Assembly (NCBI GenBank): GCA_019326865.1
Contig: GCA_019326865.1_4101.1
DNA: 64,000 nucleotides
Origin: a phage
Strand: one strand, 5' to 3'
A program made the position numbers and the translations under genes. The notes beneath the pieces were generated by a model. It did no database searches and was not told the DNA's origin. It saw only the letters and a list, made by a program, of their open reading frames with translations. Positions 18,769 through 28,093 of this stretch are shown here, one piece after another (the first letter of the stretch is position 1; each line of letters begins with the position of its first letter).

Positions 18769-19950
18769 TTATGGTAAAATGATAGATTGTAACGAACTCA
18801 TACCCAATGCTGGAACACTAGCCTGTGGTGCTGGAGAATTCAATTTTGGTGATGAAACCGCATATGACATTCCTGAACCCAAATCTGGATCAAAAACTAC
18901 AGCACAATAATTCCCACTATATATAAGTCCATTCTTGTATCCTTGTGCACTTTGAATGCATTTCGTGAACGTACCAATATCTGTCGTGGCATTTATTAAG
19001 TTCCTCCCACGATAACCGCAGGTGTATATGAAATTATCATCGCCTATGTACATACTAGAATCCCCAGAAGAACTACATAGATACGACATATAAGCACGCA
19101 TGTTTTTAGGAGCAACTGACAATGTACCTGCATAGAATTTATTATTCGAACCCGTAATATCACCATCACCCAATGCACCAAAACTTCCCCAGCCAGTACC
19201 GTAATATCTCTTATCACTCAAAAATATAATACAGTTGTTATTACACATCTTGATTTGATATATCAATGAAGGATCAACCCCAGGGAATGATTCAGTGAAT
19301 GTTAGAACAGCCGGATCAGTACTAGCATTACATTGATGATATGTATTAGTACCAGCGGACAAGATTGTTCCATTAGCTAACAGAATTCTCGCAGTACCAG
19401 TACCAGCAGTACAAGCAACTGCACTTCCTGCACTTCCGGTGTATATTTGTCTGAAAGTAAAGAAACCAACAGTTTTACTTCCCTGCCCACTCCAACCAGT
19501 ATTATCAACTCCACACGCCCATACTGAACCATCTTGCATGATCATCATTACACCAAAGCGTTCTATTGAAATATAAACAATCTTCGTTGTATCAACTGCA
19601 CTAAATCTAGAAGTTATATCAGTCCATACCTTAACACTTACCGCCGTCGCACTGGAAGTAGGATCTTCACCAGCTATCATTATCCTCCCATTGTTAGTAA
19701 GATACATTGTCTGACTATAACCAGTACTACAAAACTTAACACTATCAGTCTCTGGAACTTTTAACCACTCGTTGTAACGTGTTACGTTAGTGTTATTACC
19801 TAACTGATAATAGTTATTCATCCCAGATACATATAACACACCATCCTTTATTAAACTATAAGTCGCACTATAGTCACTACAGGTATAACGTGTACCCACA
19901 GGTCGCTCAACGACGTTCCCGTACTTAACCATTCTCCCAAAAGGTAACAT
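18769..19950 (-). CDS. RCC1-repeat-like protein, paralog 4; N-terminus MLPFGRMVKYGN
   Basis: Motifs LYVSGMNNYYQLGNN, VWACGVDNTGWSGQG. Confidence 0.7.
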   Translation of the reverse strand: MLPFGRMVKYGNVVERPVGTRYTCSDYSATYSLIKDGVLYVSGMNNYYQLGNNTNVTRYNEWLKVPETDSVKFCSTGYSQTMYLTNNGRIMIAGEDPTSSATAVSVKVWTDITSRFSAVDTTKIVYISIERFGVMMIMQDGSVWACGVDNTGWSGQGSKTVGFFTFRQIYTGSAGSAVACTAGTGTARILLANGTILSAGTNTYHQCNASTDPAVLTFTESFPGVDPSLIYQIKMCNNNCIIFLSDKRYYGTGWGSFGALGDGDITGSNNKFYAGTLSVAPKNMRAYMSYLCSSSGDSSMYIGDDNFIYTCGYRGRNLINATTDIGTFTKCIQSAQGYKNGLIYSGNYCAVVFDPDLGSGMSYAVSSPKLNSPAPQASVPALGMSSLQSIILP

Positions 19951-19996
19951 ATTTTCCTCCTTTATTCATTATACTATATTTAATACAAAAAGAAAT

Positions 19997-20015
19997 GCCA
20001 GTATCAAGTACTGGC
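19997..20015 (-). terminator. hairpin gccagtatcaagtactggc
   Basis: Same hairpin, after stop of 20024..21172. Confidence 0.55.
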
Positions 20016-20023
20016 ATATTAAT

Positions 20024-21172
20024 TCATTGTATAAATGACATATCTACTTCTGTATAATTAAGAACGTTCTGTCCAGAAATACCACCCATTACTACTATTG
20101 CAAGGCCACAATAATATAATTTTCCAGTATCCGTAAGTATAAGTGATCCAGATGGACTGCGTACCAAATCACACGAACTATTAAAAGAAGTATAAGAAGG
20201 AGTATAGGAGTACTGATTATTATTATTACCAACACCTAATTGCCCAAACCCATTCGATCCAGAAGCATATAGAACTTCATCTGCTTTGACAATATGTGAT
20301 GCCATGTTACCAACACAAGTATATAGAGTATAAACTCCTGAACTCAATAATGTCGGAGTTTTATATTGTATATCTGTAGATGTAGAAGTACCACCTGTAC
20401 CAAATTCGTTCCCATATTGTGCACCGAACTGTTTACCACAAGCGTACAAATTATTATCCGATTTGATAAAAAATGTACTCTGATAACTTACATTAAAATC
20501 TATAACATCCGAAGAAATCATCGTCACCCCAGTAATAGAAGTTTGATTACCCGTGCCCAACTGGTAGTAATAGTTAAAACCACAACCCCATAAAGTATTA
20601 TCTTCTCGCAAATAAATGTTACCAACTGCCTTTTTAACCGAAGTTATAGTATCTACTCTTTTGAATGTGTTAAAAGAATTAATGTTTGTACCATCACCAA
20701 ATGATGATATGTTCGATATATTGTTAACTCCACAACAATACAATGTACCATCTTTTGTTATCAAATTCACCTTCATATCATAAAAACTACTCATGTATTT
20801 TATATCAGAAACATTAACACCACTTGATGTTATCCACGTAGTACAGTCCGTCCACAAAGTTTTTCTATCAGTTACACCAGTGAATGCCTTCGTGTTACCA
20901 GTGATAAAAACTTTTCCAGTACCTTTCTCTTCATACAATTGACAATCACTACTGTTATCTTCCAATAGAACTCGTTTAACATTCTCCGCACAAAGAATAA
21001 ATTTACTCGATGCTACACCTGTACCAGTACCCCAATTCGTCGCAGAAGATGCATACAACTTATCAGTATAAGTATCATGAAGATACATAGAATCACTGGA
21101 ATATATTTTAAAACGCCCTTCTTTCTCAGGTATAATATTCCCGTACTTAACCATTCTCCCAAAAGGTAACAT
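20024..21172 (-). CDS. RCC1-repeat-like protein, paralog 5; N-terminus MLPFGRMVKYGN
   Basis: Clearest RCC1-like motifs: LYASGSNGFGQLGVGN, LWGCGFNYYYQLGTGN. Confidence 0.75.
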   Translation of the reverse strand: MLPFGRMVKYGNIIPEKEGRFKIYSSDSMYLHDTYTDKLYASSATNWGTGTGVASSKFILCAENVKRVLLEDNSSDCQLYEEKGTGKVFITGNTKAFTGVTDRKTLWTDCTTWITSSGVNVSDIKYMSSFYDMKVNLITKDGTLYCCGVNNISNISSFGDGTNINSFNTFKRVDTITSVKKAVGNIYLREDNTLWGCGFNYYYQLGTGNQTSITGVTMISSDVIDFNVSYQSTFFIKSDNNLYACGKQFGAQYGNEFGTGGTSTSTDIQYKTPTLLSSGVYTLYTCVGNMASHIVKADEVLYASGSNGFGQLGVGNNNNQYSYTPSYTSFNSSCDLVRSPSGSLILTDTGKLYYCGLAIVVMGGISGQNVLNYTEVDMSFIQ

Positions 21173-21268
21173 ATCCCCTCCTTATTCATTATATCATATT
21201 TACCCAAAAAACACTTGACACCCTTTCAGTACTGTTGTACGATAGAAGGAATATTAGGAGAACTACAC

Positions 21269-21496
21269 ATGACAAATACCCTTAAGTACTACCTCAATAC
21301 TCTGCCCGACCTAGAGTACGGGAAGTTTCTCGCAGATAGTTCGTGGCTGATTGAGCTAAAAACACATAACAGCCCTGGATGCACCCTTATGATGAACAAT
21401 GCAATTGATACCCTTATAGTGAGTATTTTACATAGCAATATCTACGAGGATAACAATAAACAATTAACAAAAATCTTAGTACTGCTATCTCTATGA
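21269..21496 (+). CDS. small protein, family C (MHKEFY...LIYRY-type)
   Basis: Start at ATG with SD aggag; tandem paralog. Confidence 0.5.
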   Translation: MTNTLKYYLNTLPDLEYGKFLADSSWLIELKTHNSPGCTLMMNNAIDTLIVSILHSNIYEDNNKQLTKILVLLSL

Positions 21497-21705
21497 ACAC
21501 TATGAGCACTGAACAGTTCTACATCAATGCACTACCAACTAAAAGTCTTCAAGAAAGCTTACTGTATACACAAAAGAATTTTAAAAACTTCAAACGTTGC
21601 CCTAAACTACTGAACTCGTACAGGAATAATATTATAAGAAATGTTTTACAAGGAGAAGAAAGTATGCAATACTATCACATCCTTATCCTTATATTGGAGT
21701 ACTAA
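21493..21705 (+). CDS. small protein, family C
   Basis: Tandem paralog, ATGA overlap. Confidence 0.5.
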   Translation: MNTMSTEQFYINALPTKSLQESLLYTQKNFKNFKRCPKLLNSYRNNIIRNVLQGEESMQYYHILILILEY

Positions 21706-21706
21706 T

Positions 21707-21916
21707 ATGAATACTGAACATAAAGAATTCTACACCAAATACCTCAGTAACGAAGAACAATTGTTTCTAAGAAGTGTATCACCTGTAAGTACCAATACTC
21801 AATTCGGTAGAGATTGCTTTAATAATTGTATACGTAGTACCCTAGAAGCTATCGAATACAATAACAAAAATATTATGTACTCAGGTTTAATAGGACTAAT
21901 ATTCTTCTATGAATAA
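21707..21916 (+). CDS. small protein, family C (MNTEHKEFY..)
   Basis: Start at family-typical N-terminus. Confidence 0.55.
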   Translation: MNTEHKEFYTKYLSNEEQLFLRSVSPVSTNTQFGRDCFNNCIRSTLEAIEYNNKNIMYSGLIGLIFFYE

Positions 21917-22103
21917 TCATAAAGATTTCTATGGTAGTAAACTACACAAACATGAACAGCTATCATTCTCTTTAGCACCACCTATGAGAAAGGATAATCT
22001 ATATTATAATTACGATTTCAGGATGGCGACACGTTATGCAATAGAACATCAGTTCCCTGAAACTAAGTACCGCTCTATCCTGAACCTCATCTTTAAGTTC
22101 TAA
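21909..22103 (+). CDS. small protein, family C (MNNHKDFY..LIFKF)
   Basis: Tandem paralog. Confidence 0.55.
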   Translation: MNNHKDFYGSKLHKHEQLSFSLAPPMRKDNLYYNYDFRMATRYAIEHQFPETKYRSILNLIFKF

Positions 22104-22150
22104 AAACCGCACCAGGGTCCGAGTACTTTAACATAGTAAGGCTAATTACA

Positions 22151-22336
22151 ATGAATCACATAAGCTACTACTACCAACAACTATCCGACAGAGACAAGTA
22201 CAGCCACAATTCCCATGTATGGTACTACAAACGCGGCAGTATAAGAGACAAACAACATTACTTCTGTATTTCTATTAAAGAAGCACTAACAACTAAGTAC
22301 ACGTACAGAGCAGTACTTAAACTAATCTCTATCTAA
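22151..22336 (+). CDS. small protein, family C
   Basis: Tandem paralog. Confidence 0.5.
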   Translation: MNHISYYYQQLSDRDKYSHNSHVWYYKRGSIRDKQHYFCISIKEALTTKYTYRAVLKLISI

Positions 22337-22344
22337 GGAATACT

Positions 22345-22524
22345 ATGCAAGAATTCTATATAGAACATATAACCATAAAAGACCGTTTCATGTACGACAC
22401 CTTCGTGAAATACTACAAACTGGGAACAAAAAGTACTAAAAATATTAATCTCAATAGCTGCATACACCAAGCACTAACAAAAGATAATCCCTTCAGGGAA
22501 ATCCTCGCTCTCGCATCTGTATAA
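22345..22524 (+). CDS. small protein, family C (MQEFYIEH..), 59 aa
   Basis: Below track cutoff; found by translating gap. Confidence 0.45.
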   Translation: MQEFYIEHITIKDRFMYDTFVKYYKLGTKSTKNINLNSCIHQALTKDNPFREILALASV

Positions 22525-22534
22525 AGGAAACCAA

Positions 22535-23194
22535 ATGAAACTTAATCAACACAGCAAACAATACCTTAAACACTTTAAGTACCTCAACAGTATTCAAGCA
22601 GAATCTTTTACACCAGCATATACGTATCACCCAAATGTACTAAAGAAACGAAATAAAAAGAAAAAATCCAGAAATGTTCTCGTATCTAAGAACCTCAAAT
22701 CGTACTTGAAGAAAAATAATATAGCTCTTGCTTTTATTAATATCTATAATACTGATTTAAAAGTATTGAGTACTAATACCAGCACAAAAGCACTAAAGAA
22801 TGCATCTATCTATATACACATGGATAATATCCCGTGCACTATAATTCTATCTTCCGGGAATGTATACTTCTTCGGGAATTGTAATAGCACCCATGATATC
22901 AGTACTGCACAATTCCAAATCGGAGATATGTACTGCATGGGTTCAGAAAAAATACACGATAACATGCACTTCTTCCAAAAGCAACGTACTAACGAAACTG
23001 ATACAGTACTGCAATTCCTCAAAGAATTACAAAACAAAGAATTATCCGAGGAAGAAGAATTCATGTACAGTACTGTAATCGATAATCCAGGACTCTATAA
23101 AAACGCGTACAAACTAACAAAACATGTACAGGAACTTATCAGTACTGATAAGAAATTCCATCACCTCATTACGTATATTTCAAACTATGTATAA
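22535..23194 (+). CDS. hypothetical protein (219 aa) within family C array
   Basis: Longer ORF. Confidence 0.55.
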   Translation: MKLNQHSKQYLKHFKYLNSIQAESFTPAYTYHPNVLKKRNKKKKSRNVLVSKNLKSYLKKNNIALAFINIYNTDLKVLSTNTSTKALKNASIYIHMDNIPCTIILSSGNVYFFGNCNSTHDISTAQFQIGDMYCMGSEKIHDNMHFFQKQRTNETDTVLQFLKELQNKELSEEEEFMYSTVIDNPGLYKNAYKLTKHVQELISTDKKFHHLITYISNYV

Positions 23195-23369
23195 AGAATT
23201 CTACAAAGATAAAATCCCAATGCATCTACAACACCATATACCAAACGTTGCATTGGGCATAAAAGATCACGCAAAGATAATGTTCCAACAATGTACTAAG
23301 TACACGCTCATATACGATGATAATCCATATATGCTGTACTACGTAGTAATGCTAACATTCAGGTACTAA
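23187..23369 (+). CDS. small protein, family C (MYKEFYKD..LTFRY)
   Basis: Tandem paralog. Confidence 0.55.
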   Translation: MYKEFYKDKIPMHLQHHIPNVALGIKDHAKIMFQQCTKYTLIYDDNPYMLYYVVMLTFRY

Positions 23370-23370
23370 T

Positions 23371-23550
23371 ATGCACAAATATAAAGAATTCTACCTCTCG
23401 TACCTTAATTCCGATATAGTAACATCCAATACCTTCAGTACTAAAATTATCTATAATGAAGTAATGAAAGAATGTATTAAAGGTGCTATTAACCCTAAAG
23501 ATACGTATGACTTGTACTATGCAGTACTAACCCTTGTTTTCACGAAATAA
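23371..23550 (+). CDS. small protein, family C (MHKYKEFY..), 59 aa
   Basis: Found by translating gap. Confidence 0.45.
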   Translation: MHKYKEFYLSYLNSDIVTSNTFSTKIIYNEVMKECIKGAINPKDTYDLYYAVLTLVFTK

Positions 23551-23558
23551 CACATAAT

Positions 23559-23747
23559 ATGAATAACCACAAAGAATACTACATACAATTTCTCCCCAGT
23601 ATTTTTGAACACTACGCCAGATATAAAGTCCCCCTGGATAACGATTTGGCAGTACTGGGATTCAATCACTGCATAGAACGAAGTATAGAAAATAGTAATA
23701 GCTATGAACAATTATATAACACTATCCTACTTATATTCAGGTACTAA
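23559..23747 (+). CDS. small protein, family C (MNNHKEYY..LIFRY)
   Basis: Tandem paralog. Confidence 0.55.
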   Translation: MNNHKEYYIQFLPSIFEHYARYKVPLDNDLAVLGFNHCIERSIENSNSYEQLYNTILLIFRY

Positions 23748-23748
23748 T

Positions 23749-23937
23749 ATGCACAAAGAATACTACGCAAAATATTTCCCAATGTATCTCAGAACTAATC
23801 TATTAGATAAACCTCGCGATATCAATGCACAAAACGATAAAGTGTACTTTATTATGTGCACTAAAGCATGTATACTAGATCATGACAGCTACCATCGAGT
23901 ACTGTATCATACACTGTACCTAGCTTTCGTATTCTAA
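23749..23937 (+). CDS. small protein, family C (MHKEYY..LAFVF)
   Basis: Tandem paralog. Confidence 0.55.
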   Translation: MHKEYYAKYFPMYLRTNLLDKPRDINAQNDKVYFIMCTKACILDHDSYHRVLYHTLYLAFVF

Positions 23938-23946
23938 GAGAACAAT

Positions 23947-24132
23947 ATGCATAAAGAATTCTACTTAAGCCATCTGGATCTAAACTCCCAAATGCTTATA
24001 CCACTAATCCCAATAGATATCAAGGATAAGAAAAATACCGAACAATTCATTTACCATACACAGTGTGCGATCACCCCAAATTACATTCCATATGAATTGT
24101 ACTACATTCTCGCCCTAATATATAGGTACTAA
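23947..24132 (+). CDS. small protein, family C (MHKEFY..LIYRY)
   Basis: Tandem paralog. Confidence 0.55.
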   Translation: MHKEFYLSHLDLNSQMLIPLIPIDIKDKKNTEQFIYHTQCAITPNYIPYELYYILALIYRY

Positions 24133-24133
24133 T

Positions 24134-24319
24134 ATGCATAGAGAATACTACACACAATTTGTTAAAGGGAACTACAAACATGCCGTACCCAGAACCCCTT
24201 TAAATTCTCATGACCCAAGTACTATATTCCTGTTTAATGACGCAATACGTACAGTACTCAATACTAAAGATGAACAAGTGCAGTACGTATTCTTACTTTT
24301 ACTTATATACAGACACTAA
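24134..24319 (+). CDS. small protein, family C (MHREYY..LIYRH)
   Basis: Tandem paralog. Confidence 0.55.
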   Translation: MHREYYTQFVKGNYKHAVPRTPLNSHDPSTIFLFNDAIRTVLNTKDEQVQYVFLLLLIYRH

Positions 24320-24342
24320 CTAATATACAGACACTAACTAAT
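24307..24342. repeat. perfect 18-bp tandem duplication (atacagacactaactaat x2) spanning stop codon
   Basis: Two identical adjacent 18-mers read directly. Confidence 0.8.
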
Positions 24343-24525
24343 ATGAATAAAGAACATAAAGACTTCTACATAAGAAAACTAACATTCGTCCCCGTAAGAA
24401 TATACAAAGAATGCGACCCAAGATTATACCTATGGCACTTCAATGAGTGCATAAAAGATTCTATATACCCTAAGAACTATAAAGAACAATTGTGCTCAGT
24501 ACTAACACTAGTACTATCATATTAA
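24343..24525 (+). CDS. small protein, family C (MNKEHKDFY..)
   Basis: Tandem paralog. Confidence 0.55.
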   Translation: MNKEHKDFYIRKLTFVPVRIYKECDPRLYLWHFNECIKDSIYPKNYKEQLCSVLTLVLSY

Positions 24526-24538
24526 TAGAGATAATACT

Positions 24539-24730
24539 ATGTATAAAGAGTACTATATAAGTAAACTCAAAGAGAATGAACAAGCATGGATTAAATCTAT
24601 AATAGCACTTGCATTTAATAGATATGCATTTAACAGATGCACAGAGATTGCTATAGAACCTTGTCCTATTAAAGAGAAGGCACAGTACAATCAGTACTAC
24701 TATATGTTAATGCTTATATATAGAAAGTAA
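24539..24730 (+). CDS. small protein, family C (MYKEYY..LIYRK)
   Basis: Tandem paralog. Confidence 0.55.
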   Translation: MYKEYYISKLKENEQAWIKSIIALAFNRYAFNRCTEIAIEPCPIKEKAQYNQYYYMLMLIYRK

Positions 24731-25386
24731 TTCAACATAGAGACAGGGGAAGCTCCGCAGGGTAAGCATTGGACAGGCTTTAACATATGTTATATATGTT
24801 AAAATTCAGCCTGGACAAATGCGATCACTAGGATTCTCCCCAGGCTAAACCCCGTAATCATATATAAACATTTAAGTAATCATTTATAATCATTGTGGTG
24901 ATCAGTAGTGATTAGTATTGAGTACTAGAGTGTAATAGAGTACAGGAATGTGCACGTTTAATCAAGAACGTAGCAGTACTGATATGCCACTAAGTAGGCA
25001 GAGGAAGTCTGCCGTACTTTGTAGTTTCCAAGCTCCTTTTCCATTTTGCAAATTACATCAAATGTAATCAAAAGTAATCACGTAATGATTAGTACTGAAA
25101 TATTAGTTTCATCTTTTTTCAAATACCTTTTTACCCTTCGGGATAAATGTATTTTTATCCATTTACCTTTGGGGTAAAATCCCATTACCCCTTGAGGCTC
25201 CAGCAAAAAGTTGGAAAGTACTCCATCGTAAATATGGATCGTAAAAATTTTGGAGTACCTATGAAATAAAAGTTGGATCTTCGAAAGTTGAAATTTACGT
25301 TGGGACATTGATGTTTTTTGGGATATAATGAGTTTTGTAGTGATGAAGTTTGTACGATTACAGTACTGAATAATGAAAGAAAGCTA

Positions 25387-25414
25387 TTGACATTATGATT
25401 CAGTACTGTATAAT
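25387..25414 (+). promoter_or_regulatory. orphan sigma70-like promoter (TTGACA -16- TATAAT) with no ORF downstream
   Basis: Consensus hexamers; only a ~20-codon ORF follows. Confidence 0.45.
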
Positions 25415-25785
25415 GTTCTACATAGAGAGATGAGTTGCCGCAAACAATTCATTCACTCTACCTCCTGTCGTGAGACAGTACAGAAAAGATAGTTCCTCCT
25501 ATGCGTGGTACATCTTTTTATAACCTCTTTTTTCGTAATATAAACAGTACTGGTATTAACAGAATGGTATCAGTACTGACTTTAATCTAATACATTATGC
25601 CACCAGCACAAGCTGGTGGATTCCCTCTAACAGTATTCAGTACTACATGATAGTCTTCATCCTCCTAGGGTAACATAGTGAGGGCTATTGTGGGAGTACT
25701 GAATACTCCTTTCAAAAGATAGAATAATGGTATAGTACCGACGGATTTTGGGCGTAGTTACCCTGGGTGGATTTTGGACGTAGAT

Positions 25786-25930
25786 ATGTCTAGCCCTCCA
25801 GAAGTCTGGAAGTAAAGATGGCTATCCATCTAGACGGCTAAACGGATAGATTTCTAGATGGCTGTATGGCTAGACGTTTGGATGGCTAAACGGCTAGATG
25901 GTTACACGTCTGGAAGTATAGACGGCTAAA
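25786..25930. repeat. cluster of short direct repeats (ggctaaacgg / ctagatgg / tctggaagta units), iteron-like
   Basis: Repeated 8-12 nt units in noncoding DNA. Confidence 0.5.
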
Positions 25931-26619
25931 TCAAAATTTTTATTTTGTTTTTCCAATAGTTCCCCTACCGCGTGAGGATATTTTTCCCCGCAGTATCTGG
26001 AGTTAGATTTTTCTGAATCTGGAATCATTATCTAATAAACTGGGGGCAATGTCAACCGCCTGGATGAATATTTTTAAAAATAATCTAGTACTGAATTTTG
26101 GGCGTAACTATGCACCCGGTGGGCTTGAGTCTTTCTCGACTTGATGAAACTATTATACAGTACTAGAAAAATAAAGCAATACCCTAAACGCAAAAAATTT
26201 AATTAATTTGCTTGCTATCCTGGGCCGTACTATGGTACTATTAGTTCAGTACTGAGAAAGTGCTTTAACCTGCTAGGGTGCGGGAGTGTATCCTTTTTAA
26301 ATTATATGAATTTTGGACGCAATCCCGCACCCTGTGGGTTAGTGCCTTGTGTCCGGCTTATGTAGTAATTATACGCTTTTTCAGTACTGAGTCAATAGCT
26401 AAAAACAAAAATAATTGAAAATAATTTAACGCGTTTAAACGGCCCGTAAAGCCCTGGAGTGATTGGAATGGTACAAATGTATAGCTTAGGTGTATTAATG
26501 CGTTAGAATGCGTCTGAGGCCGTTTTACGGGGTGTAGTGGTGATTTGGTTGATTCAGTACTGAATGATAGTATTCCTATATAGAAAGAAAACTATTTTAA
26601 AAGTACATGTAGAAAGTAC

Positions 26620-26647
26620 TTGCAAAGTATTGGGAAAGGTGTAGAAT
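26620..26647 (+). promoter_or_regulatory. early-type promoter TTGCAA -16- TAGAAT, followed by leader hairpin gcgggaacacttcccgc
   Basis: Hexamers and spacing read from sequence. Confidence 0.55.
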
Positions 26648-26702
26648 GTTTTACATCGAGAGCGGGAACACTTCCCGCTGCACATAAAGAGAGATTAAAA
26701 CG

Positions 26703-27065
26703 ATGGCTACTCAAATCAATAAAATTATTGCTAACCTGGTTAACTTCCGCGACGAGATGAAAGGTCTTCCGGCTGAAACGGTAAAAATTCACATTTCAGC
26801 TTATCGGGAACTTATTGCAATGTTACCGCTTAAGCGTGAACAATACGCCGCTACCGTGATGCTTGATGCGATGATCCATGAGATGATCGCCAGTGATTTA
26901 ACGATGGTTTATCAGTACATGGGCGAAAATTTCGCGGTGTCTGGTAAGCCAGTACCAGGGATGGCAACTACTGAGGAATTGCACGGTTTAAATTTAAAAC
27001 AAGATGCATGGGATAATATGCCTCGTTTCCTGGTATGGGCTGACAGTGGCAAAATTTACAAATAA
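26703..27065 (+). CDS. hypothetical protein (120 aa)
   Basis: ORF after promoter + leader hairpin; starts ATGGCT. Confidence 0.65.
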   Translation: MATQINKIIANLVNFRDEMKGLPAETVKIHISAYRELIAMLPLKREQYAATVMLDAMIHEMIASDLTMVYQYMGENFAVSGKPVPGMATTEELHGLNLKQDAWDNMPRFLVWADSGKIYK

Positions 27066-27079
27066 GTTTAATAAAGTAC

Positions 27080-27107
27080 TTGCATACTAAGTTAAAACAA
27101 GTATAAT
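27080..27107 (+). promoter_or_regulatory. early-type promoter TTGCAT -16- TATAAT
   Basis: Followed by two leader stem-loops (27127-27146, 27151-27165). Confidence 0.6.
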
Positions 27108-27150
27108 ACTTTCTATCAGGTGCAACGGGAAGTTTTTAAACTTCCCTATA

Positions 27151-27165
27151 GGGGAATAGTTCCCC
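27151..27165 (+). other. 5' leader palindrome ggggaatagttcccc
   Basis: Perfect 6-bp stems; same motif class upstream of >25 genes in 26.6-44.5 kb. Confidence 0.6.
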
Positions 27166-27186
27166 ACTATATAAGAGGATTAAAAA

Positions 27187-27426
27187 ATGGCTAAATCAAA
27201 AATGTTCTTAGGTCACAAAAACAAAACTCATTGGAATGTAAGCCTTTGGATTAATAACGATGAGTCATTGTACCGGTTGGCCCAGGACTTTATTGCCGCC
27301 AACACTAATCGCAATGATGCGGCCCGTCATATGATGTTATTTTTAGAACAGACTGGACAAGATAAAACACCGGACGGATTCAAATATAGCACTACTGCGA
27401 TCCGTGCGGCGATGGTTGGAATGTAA
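27187..27426 (+). CDS. hypothetical protein (79 aa), paralog of 29223 gene
   Basis: Shares HKNKTHWNVSLWINNDESLYR and GFKYSTTAIRAAMVGM with 29223..29462. Confidence 0.7.
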   Translation: MAKSKMFLGHKNKTHWNVSLWINNDESLYRLAQDFIAANTNRNDAARHMMLFLEQTGQDKTPDGFKYSTTAIRAAMVGM

Positions 27427-27511
27427 TAGAATTTATTTAAAGTACTATCGCAAAAAATGATAGTACTTTATAATAGTGTTTTATTCATACACCAACGATA
27501 AGGGCAACAGC

Positions 27512-27778
27512 ATGAATATTAAGTATTTTGCGACGCGTGAACAAGCTCGGAAGGCGGCGAAAGTGGAAGGTGCAACGTTTAAAGATATGGGCATACAATC
27601 GGAACGTGGTAAACGTTGGGCCATTGTAAAGCGTAGTACAGCCAGATCATTACAGTACTGGTTATCAGCTTTAAAAAGTCCTGATAGTGTATCGCGTCGA
27701 GTGGTAGAAATAAAGCTCGACCGTAAGGGGAATCGTGTTACCGTGTACCGTACTAAAAAGATTGCAGTACTTGAATAA
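27512..27778 (+). CDS. hypothetical protein, paralog of 39936 gene
   Basis: Shares KYFATREQAR..FKDMG..RKGNRVTVY; start at MNIKYF. Confidence 0.65.
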   Translation: MNIKYFATREQARKAAKVEGATFKDMGIQSERGKRWAIVKRSTARSLQYWLSALKSPDSVSRRVVEIKLDRKGNRVTVYRTKKIAVLE

Positions 27779-27784
27779 AAGTAC

Positions 27785-27812
27785 TTGCAAAGTAAGTTAA
27801 AAGGCGTATAAT
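27785..27812 (+). promoter_or_regulatory. early-type promoter TTGCAA -16- TATAAT + leader hairpin ggggaatacttcccc
   Basis: Read from sequence. Confidence 0.6.
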
Positions 27813-27862
27813 ACTTTCTATCAGGTGGGGAATACTTCCCCACTACATAAGAGGATTTAAAA

Positions 27863-28093
27863 ATGGCTACCATGTACATGACCGAAGTTAAAACCGTAAA
27901 AGATACTACCACAAATAAAACTACTTACTTACAGCGGATCTGTGGTGTATGGCAACGTATTAGTAAAGTAAAGTACTTTAAATTAACATCATATGCCAAT
28001 CGTTCGGATTCATTCAGTACTGAAATAAAAGGTAATAAAGTACACCAATACGGCACTTATTATTATTATAGCCTGGACGCGATTGCAGTATAA
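27863..28093 (+). CDS. hypothetical protein
   Basis: ORF after promoter cassette. Confidence 0.6.
   Translation: MATMYMTEVKTVKDTTTNKTTYLQRICGVWQRISKVKYFKLTSYANRSDSFSTEIKGNKVHQYGTYYYYSLDAIAV

Noticed and set aside
25078-25308. Minus-strand ORF 25078..25308 (76 aa) in the noncoding region
   Set aside because: No SD or promoter; translation is low-complexity; region is better explained as structured noncoding DNA.
25786-25930. CRISPR-like array
   Set aside because: Repeats are short (8-12 nt), irregularly spaced and lack uniform spacers; more consistent with iterons or binding sites.
24731-26702. tRNA genes, expected by analogy with tRNA clusters in T4-type phages
   Set aside because: I could not find GTTCGAAT/GTTCAAAT-type T-loop motifs or cloverleaf-compatible stems by eye; needs tRNAscan to exclude formally.
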